Positions 8,636 through 17,950 of a stretch of 64,000 bases of DNA are shown piece by piece. A model generated the notes under the pieces. The model worked only from the letters and a program-made list of their open reading frames with translations, had not been told where the DNA came from and did not search any database. Made by a program: the position numbers and the translations under genes. The stretch is from Bacteroidota bacterium. Lineage in GTDB: Bacteria; Bacteroidota; Ignavibacteria; SZUA-365. The DNA lies in assembly GCA_035362335.1 (NCBI GenBank), contig DAOSDL010000005.1:12708-76707 (forward strand). Direction: 5' to 3'. The stretch's first letter is position 1; each line of letters begins with the position of its first letter.

Positions 8636-9379
8636 TCACGTTGCCACAGCATCGCTGTTCGCCATCACGTCAATCCAGGAGCGCACAATGGCCTCGAGTC
8701 CGTCCCGCCGTGGCAGTCCATCCGCGTCATTCAATCGTGTGATGTCGCCGTTGCGCAGCAGCTGCCGCACGCCCTCGACATTGGCCCAATAGTAGAATCC
8801 CCACTGTTCGAGACTCCAACGCGGATCATAGCCATTGACTTCGTAGTCAACATAGGTGAGCGCGCCATTGTGTACAACCATGTTCGCCGGAAACCAGTCG
8901 AGATTGTAGCCCGCTTCGCGGCAACGCCGCGAAAGGGAGAGCAGTTGGAGGATGATGTCACGCTCCGGAAGGCCGTCGGCCACGAGCCGCAGGCCGTCGA
9001 TGCCATCCACCCATTCCTTGAGCAGCGTGCCCCGCTCGTGATCCACATGCAGCAGACGCGGAAGCGGCACGCCGATGCGGAGCAAGGTTGCGTAATCGCG
9101 CTGCTCGGCAATGGTTTTTGCTTCATGAAAGGTGTAATACGGGCAGGGTTCGTCGTGCATGACTTTGAGCACGAAGCGGGCGCCGCCTTCCTCCACCAGC
9201 CAGGAAAGCGCGGATTTGCCCTTACCGAGCGCGCGCAGGAGTGTGAGTCGATGCGGGCCGCAGGAGAGTGTCATGCCGGCCGCGCATGCATCGGCCACAT
9301 TGTATTCCGGAGAAGGGGAGGGTGTTTCCTGCGCTGCGTCGCTCATGGCATTCAGGGAATGTGTATGTTGGGTGTACAT
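8636..9379 (-). CDS. Small protein-kinase-like-fold protein (Kdo/RIO/LPS-kinase-like, atypical)
   Basis: 247 aa. Gly-rich loop LGKGKSA, then VLKV (lysine), LLKEWVDG hinge, a catalytic-loop-like DWFPANMVV (D...N) and a DFG-like YVDYE. An alternative start is MSDAAQ at about 9346. Confidence 0.5.
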   Translation of the reverse strand: MYTQHTHSLNAMSDAAQETPSPSPEYNVADACAAGMTLSCGPHRLTLLRALGKGKSALSWLVEEGGARFVLKVMHDEPCPYYTFHEAKTIAEQRDYATLLRIGVPLPRLLHVDHERGTLLKEWVDGIDGLRLVADGLPERDIILQLLSLSRRCREAGYNLDWFPANMVVHNGALTYVDYEVNGYDPRWSLEQWGFYYWANVEGVRQLLRNGDITRLNDADGLPRRDGLEAIVRSWIDVMANSDAVAT

Positions 9380-9634
9380 CGGGCGACCGGGAGAGGGCCG
9401 AGGATTGTTTCGCTTCGTGCTATCGGTGGCCCGAATCTGTCACCGGGCAGAGTACGGGGGGAGTTGGACATGGTTGCGCGAAGGATTTTCATAAACTCTT
9501 TGAAATGAAACATTGATGCGCTATATTTACTTGCTCTGAATGGCACAACCACATTCAGTGCGGCGTACATTGTCCCGATTCGGATTACACACGGAAGTTA
9601 CACAGAAAATACAGGTTCATCGGAGCACAGAAGC

Positions 9635-10240
9635 ATGAAGTACAACGGCCCCAAGGTCAAACTTTCCCGCCAGCTTGGTATCCCCCTCACCCCCAAGGCC
9701 TCGAAGATCATGGAGCGCAAGCCGCATCCGCCCGGTGCGCATGGCCTGTCGCGCAATCGTCGCGCCAAGGTGTCGGATTACAAGCGTCAGCTTCTCGAGA
9801 AGCAGCGTCTGCGCTGGCAGTACAACATCAGCGAGAAGCAGATGCGCAATTACTACGAGAAAGCTTCGCGCAAGACGGGAAACACGGCCGACAACCTCGC
9901 GACCTTGCTTGAGACGCGCCTCGATGCCGTGGTCTTCCGTGGCGGCCTCGCCCGCACGATTCATGCCGCACGCCAGTATGTGACGCATGGACACGTGGAA
10001 GTGAACGGCCAGCGCGTGAACATTCCGTCGTACCATGTGCGCGTGAACGATGTGATCAGCGTGCGCCAGAAGAGCCGCAAGATCGCGATGTTCAACGATG
10101 CGGTCAAGCTGTCGCGTCCGCCCGAGTATCTGGACACCAACAAGCCCGAGCTTTCCATCACCGTGCTTGCGCAGCCCGATCGCGAGCGCATCCCTGTGGT
10201 GTGCGAGTTCCCGCTGGTGATCGAGTACTACTCGCGCTGA
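9635..10240 (+). CDS. rpsD: 30S ribosomal protein S4
   Basis: 201 aa. Full-length match to the bacterial S4 pattern (MKYNGPKVKLSRQLG...; S4 RNA-binding domain RLDAVVFRGGLARTIHAARQYVTHGHVEVNG). Confidence 0.95.
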   Translation: MKYNGPKVKLSRQLGIPLTPKASKIMERKPHPPGAHGLSRNRRAKVSDYKRQLLEKQRLRWQYNISEKQMRNYYEKASRKTGNTADNLATLLETRLDAVVFRGGLARTIHAARQYVTHGHVEVNGQRVNIPSYHVRVNDVISVRQKSRKIAMFNDAVKLSRPPEYLDTNKPELSITVLAQPDRERIPVVCEFPLVIEYYSR

Positions 10241-10252
10241 TCCCCGCGATAC

Positions 10253-10268
10253 CGGCATCGATGCCGGA
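10253..10268 (+). terminator. Perfect 16-bp palindrome 13 nt after the rpsD stop (candidate terminator, no T-tract)
   Basis: ccggcatcgatgccgg. Confidence 0.3.
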
Positions 10269-10412
10269 AGATATTCCACAAACGGCGGACCGATGGCCCG
10301 CCGTTTTCTTTTCGAAGGAAAAGACCCGCGACTCCCGCGTTTGCGGAGTATGCGGATTTCATCGCATCTTACCTGCGAATGCGTCTCTCCTGTCACACCC
10401 GCGGACTCGACC

Positions 10413-12482
10413 ATGCATCGTTACCCCACCTTCATTCTCACCGTGCTTCTCCTCTGCATCACCGTCCCCGCCTCATGGGCGCAACAGGACGTCAATCGCG
10501 CGCGCCTCGCGGCGGCGGGTGGCGCCTGGATCGGCACAGCGGATGTGCTTGTCGTGTATGACAGCACCTCCGTGGACGTGCAGGAAAGCGGCCTCAGTTA
10601 CGTGCACATGCACAAACTCACCAAAGTGCTCACCGCGAAGGGCGCCATGAGTCTGCGGACGGTGGTGTTCGACTACGATCCGCTGTCGGCAGCGGTGGAG
10701 CTGCTGCTCGTGCGCATCTACCGCGCCGATGGTTCGGTGGAAGTGGTGGCCGCCGACCGCGTGCATGACTATCCCGCGCCGGCGCGCGCCATTTACTGGG
10801 GCGCGCGGCAGAAGCTGGTGGACATCGGCCGTCTCGAGGTGGGCGACGCGGTGGAAACCGTGGCCTTTCGCAAGGGCTTCACCTATGCGCTGCTCGGGAG
10901 CGAGGAGGACGACAGCCGCTTCGTTCCACCCATGCGCGGGCATTTTTACGATATCGTGGAATTCTGGTCCGCCGTTCCCGTGGCGGAAAAAGTGTATCGC
11001 GTGTTCATGCCGGCGGACAAGCCCTTGCAGTACGAGGTGTACAACGGCGAGGTCGCTTCCTACATCCATTTCCATCCGCAGCATCAGCATCGCGTGAAGG
11101 TTGCGGTGAATCCCACCGGCGCGCAGGCACTCACAAGCGAGGATGCCCTGCATCCCACCTCGGGCATGGTGACGCGGCCGGGCAAGGTGACCTACTGTTG
11201 GTACAAGCGCAACATCACGCCGTTGCGGCGCGAGAGCGACATGGTCGATCCTTCGGATGTCGCGCCCAAGTTGCTGCTTTCCACTTCGCCGGACTGGTAT
11301 GCGAAGGCGGTGTGGTTTCACGGTGTAAACGAGGATTTCGGCAGCTTCGCCGTCACGCCCGAAGTGCAGGCGCAGACCGACAAGCTGCTGCACGGGGTAA
11401 GTGGAGAGCAGGAAAAAATCGCCGTGCTCAATCACTGGGTGGCCGAGGAAATCCGCTACTCCGGTATTTCCATGGGGCAGGGCGAGGGCTACACGTTGCA
11501 CACCGGGCAGATGACCTACCTCGATCGCTGCGGTGTGTGCAAGGACAAGGCCGGCATGCTCGTGACCATGCTGCGCGCGGCGGGCTTCGAGTCCTATCCC
11601 GCCATGACCATGGCAGGTTCGCGCATCGATCGCATTCCCGCCGATCAATTCAACCACAGCGTCGCCGCGGTGAAGCTGAGCACAGGCGAGTGGATGCTGC
11701 TGGATCCAACGTGGATTCCCGGCGTGCGCGAAATGTGGTCCAGCGCCGAGCAGCAGCAGGAATTCCTGCTCGGCATTCCCGGTGGCGCCGATGTGATGAG
11801 TACGCCGGTGTCGCCCGCCGAAAATCACTACTGGAAGGCCGTCAACCACGCCACGCTGGCCGAGGATGGCAGTCTCGAGGGCACGGTGACCATCGAAGCC
11901 GAGGGGCAGAGCGATTCCATGCTGCGCCGGGCATTCGCGCGTTCGTATCGCTCGTCGTGGGAGGATCAGTTCACCACGCTGTTCCTGCGGAAATTTCCGC
12001 AGGCCACGGTGGGCGTGAGCGCGATGACAAGAATCGAGGATTTGTCCGTCCCCTTTTCCATTACTCTCACGTATCGCATTCCCGCCTACGCGACGATTGA
12101 CGGGAAGAAGGTGCTGCTGCGCTCGCTGCTGCTGGACACGCCGTTCGACGACAGCTTCAACGCGGCGGAGCTGGGCATAGCCACGGCGCTGGAGAAGCGC
12201 GACTATGGTTTCCGGACGCGCTGCTCGAAACTCGTGCGTCTCGACGAGACGATCACGCTTCCGGCGTCGCTGCGTGCCGAGCGTTTGCCCGACCGCGTGC
12301 AGCACATCGCGGCGCCCGCCAGTTTCATCGCGGCGGTGACGATGGAGGGCAACGCGCTCAGCATTTCCGCCGAGCATCGTCTGGAGAAGCGCCTGTACGA
12401 AGCGGCTGAATGGCCGGCGTTCCGCGCCGCCTTGCTCGCGCGAAAGGAACTCTCGTCCACACCCATCATTCTCTCACGCTAG
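10413..12482 (+). CDS. Secreted DUF3857 / transglutaminase-like cysteine protease-fold protein
   Basis: The track ORF starts at 10293. A signal-peptide start MHRYPTFILTVLLLCITVPASWAQQ at 10413 is more likely. Transglutaminase-like core: GVCKDKAGMLVTMLRAAGF (Cys), NHSVAAV (His), LLDPT (Asp). Confidence 0.78.
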   Translation: MHRYPTFILTVLLLCITVPASWAQQDVNRARLAAAGGAWIGTADVLVVYDSTSVDVQESGLSYVHMHKLTKVLTAKGAMSLRTVVFDYDPLSAAVELLLVRIYRADGSVEVVAADRVHDYPAPARAIYWGARQKLVDIGRLEVGDAVETVAFRKGFTYALLGSEEDDSRFVPPMRGHFYDIVEFWSAVPVAEKVYRVFMPADKPLQYEVYNGEVASYIHFHPQHQHRVKVAVNPTGAQALTSEDALHPTSGMVTRPGKVTYCWYKRNITPLRRESDMVDPSDVAPKLLLSTSPDWYAKAVWFHGVNEDFGSFAVTPEVQAQTDKLLHGVSGEQEKIAVLNHWVAEEIRYSGISMGQGEGYTLHTGQMTYLDRCGVCKDKAGMLVTMLRAAGFESYPAMTMAGSRIDRIPADQFNHSVAAVKLSTGEWMLLDPTWIPGVREMWSSAEQQQEFLLGIPGGADVMSTPVSPAENHYWKAVNHATLAEDGSLEGTVTIEAEGQSDSMLRRAFARSYRSSWEDQFTTLFLRKFPQATVGVSAMTRIEDLSVPFSITLTYRIPAYATIDGKKVLLRSLLLDTPFDDSFNAAELGIATALEKRDYGFRTRCSKLVRLDETITLPASLRAERLPDRVQHIAAPASFIAAVTMEGNALSISAEHRLEKRLYEAAEWPAFRAALLARKELSSTPIILSR

Positions 12483-12493
12483 GAGGCAGTGTC

Positions 12494-14377
12494 ATGAAAT
12501 CCCTTTCCGCCATCCTGGCCATGCTGTTCTGCGCCGCTCCGCTGCTGGCGCAAACGCCATCCACCGCCGACGCCGAGTACCTGCTCGTCGAGCATCATTT
12601 CACGCTGCGCGACGACGGCAGCACGGTGTACACGTACCATCACAAACTGAAGTATCTCACGTCGTATGGATTCAGCCGCGCCTACGGCGAATCCTTCATC
12701 GTGTACAATCCCACCTGGCAGAAGCTGACCGTCGACAGGTCCGTGACCACCATGGCGAACGGGCAGGTGGTGTCCGCACCGTTCAATGCGTTCAACGAAG
12801 TGCTTCCCGGCTATGCCGCGCAGGCGCCCGCGTATTTGCATTTGCGTGAAATGGTGGTGACGCACACCGGCCTGGAAATCGGCGCGGTGGTGGATTTTTC
12901 CTACACCATCACCAGCAAGCCCGGCATGCTGCCCGGATTGATGGGCAAGGTGCTGTTCGGCGAGCGCAGTCCCATTGCCCGCATGGTGGTGACCGTGGAT
13001 ATTCCGGCCAAGGCCACGTTGAAATACGCCATGCTGCGCGATGCCGCGGTGCTTCCTTTCATCGCCGCGAAGGATGGCCGCCAGGTGTTCACCTGGGAGA
13101 AATCGGATCTCCCGATCTATGAAGTCGAAGCCATGCAGCCGGCCATGGACGAAGTATTGCCCGCGCTGGTGTTTTCCACCGTCACACTCAAGGATTGCGC
13201 CAGCCATGTCGCCGCCGGCATTGCCACGGGCAAGGCCACGCGCCGCATGAGCGATGTGGTGAAGGCCAACACGACAGGAAGCACCGACAAGCGCGACAAC
13301 GCTCTGAAGCTGCGCGGCTGGGTGGCGGACAACGTGGCACGCGCGCCGCTGCCGCTGGACATGCAGGGGTACATCCCGGCGAAAGCCGAGTTCACCTTCG
13401 AGAAGCGCTCGGGCTCGGATCTCGATCGCGCGGTGCTGCTCGCGCAACTCTGCCGCGAGGCGGGACTCGATGCCGTAGCCGCGCTGGCAAGCAGGGATCT
13501 CAGCGGCGCCATGTCGGCAACGGACGATGCGCTTGTGGCACAGGGCGTCGCGGGAATGCCGGATGTACCGGCGCTGCAACTGTTCACACGCGCTGTGGTG
13601 CTGTGCCGCGACGCATCCTTCGATGGCGGCATGCTTGTGCTGGATCCGGCCTCGGCGCAGAGCGGCCCACTCACCGCTGGCACCGCGGCCGCCATGCTGC
13701 TGCCGCTGGACAATACGGCTGCGATGAAGGATGTGCTGCCGCTGGCGCTGCCCAAGGCCATAGTGCGCATGACAAGCGATTGGACGCTGCGTGAGGATGG
13801 CACTGTGGCGGGAAAAACCCTGCTTCATGCGCAGGGCTATCGCAGCTACGCCTTCGATGGTGCCGCGATGCAGCGTGCTCTGCGTCAGGGCGTGCAGAGT
13901 GCCGCGCAAGGCCTGACCGTGACCCCCGGCGCGATGCAGTCCGCCAGCGCATTTGTCTCGACCTGTGAGGCGGATCTCGGAGCGGGCACGCCGTTGAAAG
14001 CCACGGCGGGTTACGCGCGTTTCGCCTTGCCGACGGTGCCCGGCGGGGTCGCCGAGCTGCGCTTCGTGCCCGCCGATGTGCGGCGGACCTCGCCGGTGCA
14101 GTTGCCGAGCGCAATGGTCGAGGAGCAGTTCCTGACGCTGCATCTGCCGTCGGGAGTGGAAGTGGTGGACGCCGCGGCGCAACGCGAGTTGAGCAACGCG
14201 GTGGGTTCGGTGCGCAGTGTGATCACCGTTGACGGAGAGAGCGTGGAAGTGAAGCGCACGCTGCGCATTGACGTGCAGCGCGTACAGCCCACGCAGTACG
14301 AGGATTTCGCCGCGCTGCTGCGCATCTGGCTCGATCCATCGCATACGCAGCTTCTGCTGCGCATGCCGACGAAGTAA
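12494..14377 (+). CDS. Secreted DUF3857-like paralog; the transglutaminase-like core appears to lack the catalytic Cys
   Basis: AGGAGG ribosome-binding site at 12481-12486, then ATG at 12494 (MKSLSAILAMLFCAAPLLAQT signal peptide). The equivalent of the GVCKDKA motif reads GSDLDRAVLLAQLCREAG, with Asp in the Cys position. Starts 11 nt after the upstream stop. Confidence 0.7.
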   Translation: MKSLSAILAMLFCAAPLLAQTPSTADAEYLLVEHHFTLRDDGSTVYTYHHKLKYLTSYGFSRAYGESFIVYNPTWQKLTVDRSVTTMANGQVVSAPFNAFNEVLPGYAAQAPAYLHLREMVVTHTGLEIGAVVDFSYTITSKPGMLPGLMGKVLFGERSPIARMVVTVDIPAKATLKYAMLRDAAVLPFIAAKDGRQVFTWEKSDLPIYEVEAMQPAMDEVLPALVFSTVTLKDCASHVAAGIATGKATRRMSDVVKANTTGSTDKRDNALKLRGWVADNVARAPLPLDMQGYIPAKAEFTFEKRSGSDLDRAVLLAQLCREAGLDAVAALASRDLSGAMSATDDALVAQGVAGMPDVPALQLFTRAVVLCRDASFDGGMLVLDPASAQSGPLTAGTAAAMLLPLDNTAAMKDVLPLALPKAIVRMTSDWTLREDGTVAGKTLLHAQGYRSYAFDGAAMQRALRQGVQSAAQGLTVTPGAMQSASAFVSTCEADLGAGTPLKATAGYARFALPTVPGGVAELRFVPADVRRTSPVQLPSAMVEEQFLTLHLPSGVEVVDAAAQRELSNAVGSVRSVITVDGESVEVKRTLRIDVQRVQPTQYEDFAALLRIWLDPSHTQLLLRMPTK

Positions 14378-14392
14378 GGAGCGTAACGCGAT

Positions 14393-15235
14393 ATGCTGTA
14401 TCTCGCGCTCGCGGTGTTCTGTTCGGTCGGCATTGCCACCACGTTCAAATTCGCCGAACGGCGCGGCTATCCCGATTTCGTACTCTTTGCGGTGAATTAC
14501 CTTGTCGCCACCATCGCGGCATTGATCGGTGGCGGCGGGCGCGTGGCACCGTTGGGCGATGCGTCGTTCCTGCTCTTCGCCATGGGCCTAGGTGCGCTGT
14601 TCATCTGGTGTTTTTTCATTCTGATGCTGGCGGTGCGCAAACTGGGCATGGTGCTTCCGGTTACGCTGATGCGCATCGCCGCCGTGCTTCCCACCCTGGG
14701 ATCCATGCTGCTGTACCGCGAAACCCCGGAAGGTCTGCAAGTCGTGGGCATAGTGCTCGCGTTCGCGGCCCTGCCCTTGGCCGCGCGGGGACCGTTGCGC
14801 AAGGACGATGTGCGGAATCTGTTCAGCAGCGGCTTCGGTTGGGGACTGCTGCTGTTTTTTTCCTACGGCGTCACGGACTTCATGTTCAAGCTGCAGAAAG
14901 AGGAGTTCCCCGTCGCGAATAATTACGAGGTGCTGGTGGTGATCTTCGGCACCGCCTTCCTCATCGCGGTGGTGACGGCGTTGGCGCGCAGGCAGAAGCC
15001 GGGCATGGGTGTGGCGCTGGCGGGCACCGTGCTGGGGTTGTTCAATGTGTTCGCGGCCTACTTTTTCATGCTTGCCATCGCGGAGCTGTCCGGCGTCGTG
15101 GTGTTTCCCCTCAATGGCATCGGCGTGATTCTGTTCTCCACACTCATCGGCGTGCTGGTGTGGAAGGAGAAACTCGCGCCGCGCAATTACATCGCGCTGG
15201 CCCTGGCGGTGGCGGCGCTGCTCTTCCTTGCCTGA
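14393..15235 (+). CDS. Integral membrane protein, about 10 TM (DMT/EamA-like)
   Basis: 280 aa, highly hydrophobic. First gene of a tightly packed five-gene plus-strand operon. Confidence 0.7.
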   Translation: MLYLALAVFCSVGIATTFKFAERRGYPDFVLFAVNYLVATIAALIGGGGRVAPLGDASFLLFAMGLGALFIWCFFILMLAVRKLGMVLPVTLMRIAAVLPTLGSMLLYRETPEGLQVVGIVLAFAALPLAARGPLRKDDVRNLFSSGFGWGLLLFFSYGVTDFMFKLQKEEFPVANNYEVLVVIFGTAFLIAVVTALARRQKPGMGVALAGTVLGLFNVFAAYFFMLAIAELSGVVVFPLNGIGVILFSTLIGVLVWKEKLAPRNYIALALAVAALLFLA

Positions 15236-15236
15236 C

Positions 15237-16256
15237 ATGCCGCGGTTGCCGGAGGTGTCGGTGGTGATTCCCGCGAGAAACGCGGAGGCGACCATCCTCC
15301 GGGCCATCGACAGTGTGGGACCCGGCGGCGGCGACTGCGAAGTGCTGGTGGTGAACGATGGTTCCACAGACTACAGCGCAGCGTTGCTCGACGATGCCGC
15401 CCTGCGGCGTCCCTGGCTGCGCGTACTGCATACACCGCATCGTGGCATTGTCGCCGCGCTGAACATGGGTATCGCCCATGCGCGTGCGGAACTGATCGCC
15501 CGCCTGGATGCGGACGACGAGGCCTTGCCCGGGCGCATCGATCTCCAGCGGACGTTTTTACACGACAATCCTGAAATCGGACTTGTGGGTGGTTTGGTGG
15601 AATTCGCCGGCGACGCCCACAGCGCTCGCGGGTATGCACTGCATGTGGAGTGGACGAACAGTGTGCGCAGCGAAGAGGAGATTTTCCTGCTGCGTTTCGT
15701 GGAGTCGCCCTTCCCGCATCCGTCGGTGATGTTCCGCCGCTGTCTGATCGAGCGCCACGGGGGCTACGTCGAAGGCGATTTGCCCGAGGATTACGAGCTG
15801 TGGCTGCGTTGGATGGACGCGGGCGTACGCATGGCAAAAATCGACGTGCCTGTTCTGCGCTGGCACGACTCGGCCGGACGGCTTTCGCGCAGCGACGCGC
15901 GCTATCGAGTGGAAGCGTTCTACGCCGTCAAAGCCCGTTACGCCGCTTCCTGGCTGCGGCGGCATAGCGCGCACTGGCCGCAGGTGATTGTCTGGGGTGC
16001 TGGACGCATCACCAGGCAACGCGCGGCGATGCTGCGGCAGCATGGCGCGCGGATCGAGGCCTGGGTGGACATCGACCCGAAGCGCATCGGGGCGCGCATC
16101 GACGGCGTGCCGGTGCTGTCGCCCGAGCAACTGCCCGCACCCTCGCGCTGTTTCGTGCTGCCGTTTGTGGGAAGCCGCGGCGCACGCGAGCGCATCGTCG
16201 ACTGGCTGGAGCGCCATGGCTACCACTGCGGAGAATCGTATCTTCCCATGGCATGA
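15237..16256 (+). CDS. Family-2 glycosyltransferase with a C-terminal NeuD/PglD-like Rossmann domain
   Basis: The GT2 N-terminus (VSVVIPARNAE...LVVNDGSTD) and DxD region (LDADDE) are present. The C-terminal about 100 aa (VIVWGAGRITRQRAAMLRQHGARIEAWVDIDPKRIGARIDGVPVLSPEQL) resembles the N-terminal domain of NeuD-family acyltransferases. ATG at 15237 (the track uses a TTG at 15228). Confidence 0.78.
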   Translation: MPRLPEVSVVIPARNAEATILRAIDSVGPGGGDCEVLVVNDGSTDYSAALLDDAALRRPWLRVLHTPHRGIVAALNMGIAHARAELIARLDADDEALPGRIDLQRTFLHDNPEIGLVGGLVEFAGDAHSARGYALHVEWTNSVRSEEEIFLLRFVESPFPHPSVMFRRCLIERHGGYVEGDLPEDYELWLRWMDAGVRMAKIDVPVLRWHDSAGRLSRSDARYRVEAFYAVKARYAASWLRRHSAHWPQVIVWGAGRITRQRAAMLRQHGARIEAWVDIDPKRIGARIDGVPVLSPEQLPAPSRCFVLPFVGSRGARERIVDWLERHGYHCGESYLPMA

Positions 16257-16283
16257 CAGCGCAGCATTCCCGAACCACCATGG

Positions 16284-17255
16284 ATGACCATGTCCCCGCT
16301 TCTTTCCCGCGAACAATTGCATGAGGCCGCCGAACGCATCCGGCCTTTCATCCATCGCACACCGGTGTTGACTTGTGGCACCATCGACCGCCTCCTGGGC
16401 GCCAGGTTTTTTTTCAAATGTGAAAATTTCCAGAAAGTCGGCGCCTTCAAGTACCGTGGCGCCACCAATGCCGTGCGCAGTCTTGACGGCATGCTGGCCG
16501 CGCGCGGCGTGGCCACGCACAGTTCCGGCAATCATGCGGCCGCGCTGGCGCTAGCGGCGGCCTTGCGAGGCATCCCCGCGCACATCGTCATGCCCGACAA
16601 CGCCCCCGCCATCAAGAAGGCCGCCGTGGCGGGCTACGGAGCACGCATCACCTTCTGCGCTCCGACACTCGCCGCGCGCGAGGAAACGCTTGCGGCAGTG
16701 ATTGCGGATAGCGGCGCAACGGAAGTCCATCCCTACAACGACGTGCGCATTATCGCGGGGCAGGCCACCGCGGCGCGGGAGCTGTTCGAGGACGTTCTGG
16801 ATCTTGATGTGGTGATGACGCCTGTGGGCGGCGGGGGGCTGCTGAGCGGAACGGCGCTATCGGCGCATTACCTCTCGCCCGGCACCGCGGTGATTGCCGC
16901 CGAGCCCGCCGGCGCCGACGATGCGTATCGCAGTTTCCACGCCGGACACATCATTCCTTCGGTACACCCGCGCACCATCGCCGATGGCCTGCTCACATCG
17001 CTGGGCGACAATACCTTTGCGGTGATACGCGATCATGTGCGGGACATTCTCGTCGTCGACGACGCGCATATCATCAAGGCGATGCGTCTGGTGTGGGAGC
17101 GCATGAAAATCGTGATCGAGCCCTCCGCCGCGGTACCGCTGGCCGCTCTTCTGGCCGGCGCGATGGATTGCGCCGGAAAACGCATCGGCATCATTTTCTC
17201 CGGAGGAAATTGCGATCTCGAGCAACTGCCATGGATGAAGGAGCGCGAGGCATGA
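16284..17255 (+). CDS. PLP-dependent beta-eliminating lyase (threonine dehydratase / serine racemase family)
   Basis: 323 aa. Lysine motif ENFQKVGAFKYRGA, plus HSSGNHA and the Gly-rich loop VGGGGL. Confidence 0.8.
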   Translation: MTMSPLLSREQLHEAAERIRPFIHRTPVLTCGTIDRLLGARFFFKCENFQKVGAFKYRGATNAVRSLDGMLAARGVATHSSGNHAAALALAAALRGIPAHIVMPDNAPAIKKAAVAGYGARITFCAPTLAAREETLAAVIADSGATEVHPYNDVRIIAGQATAARELFEDVLDLDVVMTPVGGGGLLSGTALSAHYLSPGTAVIAAEPAGADDAYRSFHAGHIIPSVHPRTIADGLLTSLGDNTFAVIRDHVRDILVVDDAHIIKAMRLVWERMKIVIEPSAAVPLAALLAGAMDCAGKRIGIIFSGGNCDLEQLPWMKEREA

Positions 17256-17950
17256 TCGACAACTACGACGCGATGTTTCTCGACGCCGACGAAACGCTGT
17301 TCGACTACGCCGCCGCCGAGCGCGCGGCTTTCACGCTGTGCATGCGCAGCTTCGGTCTGCCCGAGGACGAGGCCAGCTACGCATTGTATCGCAAGCACAA
17401 CGCCGATGTGTGGAGCGAACTCGAGCAGGGGAGCATCGATCCCGAAACACTGAAGGTCGAGCGCTTTCGGCGTTTGCTCGACGCGCTCGGTCGCAACGGT
17501 GTGCCGCTGCGCGAACTCAGCGCCTGCTACCTCGACATGCTTTCGCGGCAGGCCCAGCTCCTGCCCGGAGCCGAGAATGCGGTGCACACGCTGGCGCGCC
17601 ATCGACCTCTGGCCCTGATCACCAATGGCCTGTCGCTGGTGCAGCGGCGACGCTTCGCTGCGACGCCGTGCATCGCATTGTTTCGCCACATCGTGATTTC
17701 GGAGGAGGTGGGCATAGCCAAGCCCGATCCGGCGATTTTCGCATCCGCGCTGCACGCATTGCGGGTTGCCCCCGAGCGCGTGCTGTACGTGGGCGATAGT
17801 GTGAGCAGCGACATGCGCGCGGCGGCCAATGCGGGCATGGACTTTTGCTGGATCAATGCCGCGAACGCCGCGTTGCCCGAGGACGGGCAGGCGCGCTTCA
17901 TTGTGCGTTCGATCACCGATCTGCCGGCATTGCTGGGAGTGGCGGAGTGA
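17252..17950 (+). CDS. HAD-superfamily hydrolase (YjjG-like)
   Basis: Real start MIDNYDAMFLDADETLFD (DxDxT motif) at 17252, overlapping the upstream stop as ATGA. Late motif YVGDSVSSDMRAA. Confidence 0.8.
   Translation: MIDNYDAMFLDADETLFDYAAAERAAFTLCMRSFGLPEDEASYALYRKHNADVWSELEQGSIDPETLKVERFRRLLDALGRNGVPLRELSACYLDMLSRQAQLLPGAENAVHTLARHRPLALITNGLSLVQRRRFAATPCIALFRHIVISEEVGIAKPDPAIFASALHALRVAPERVLYVGDSVSSDMRAAANAGMDFCWINAANAALPEDGQARFIVRSITDLPALLGVAE

Noticed and set aside
12479-14344. 621-aa minus-strand ORF antisense to the second DUF3857 gene
   Set aside because: Same high-GC artefact. Arg/His/Gly-rich, with no motifs. The sense-strand protein has a signal peptide, a ribosome-binding site and a domain architecture.
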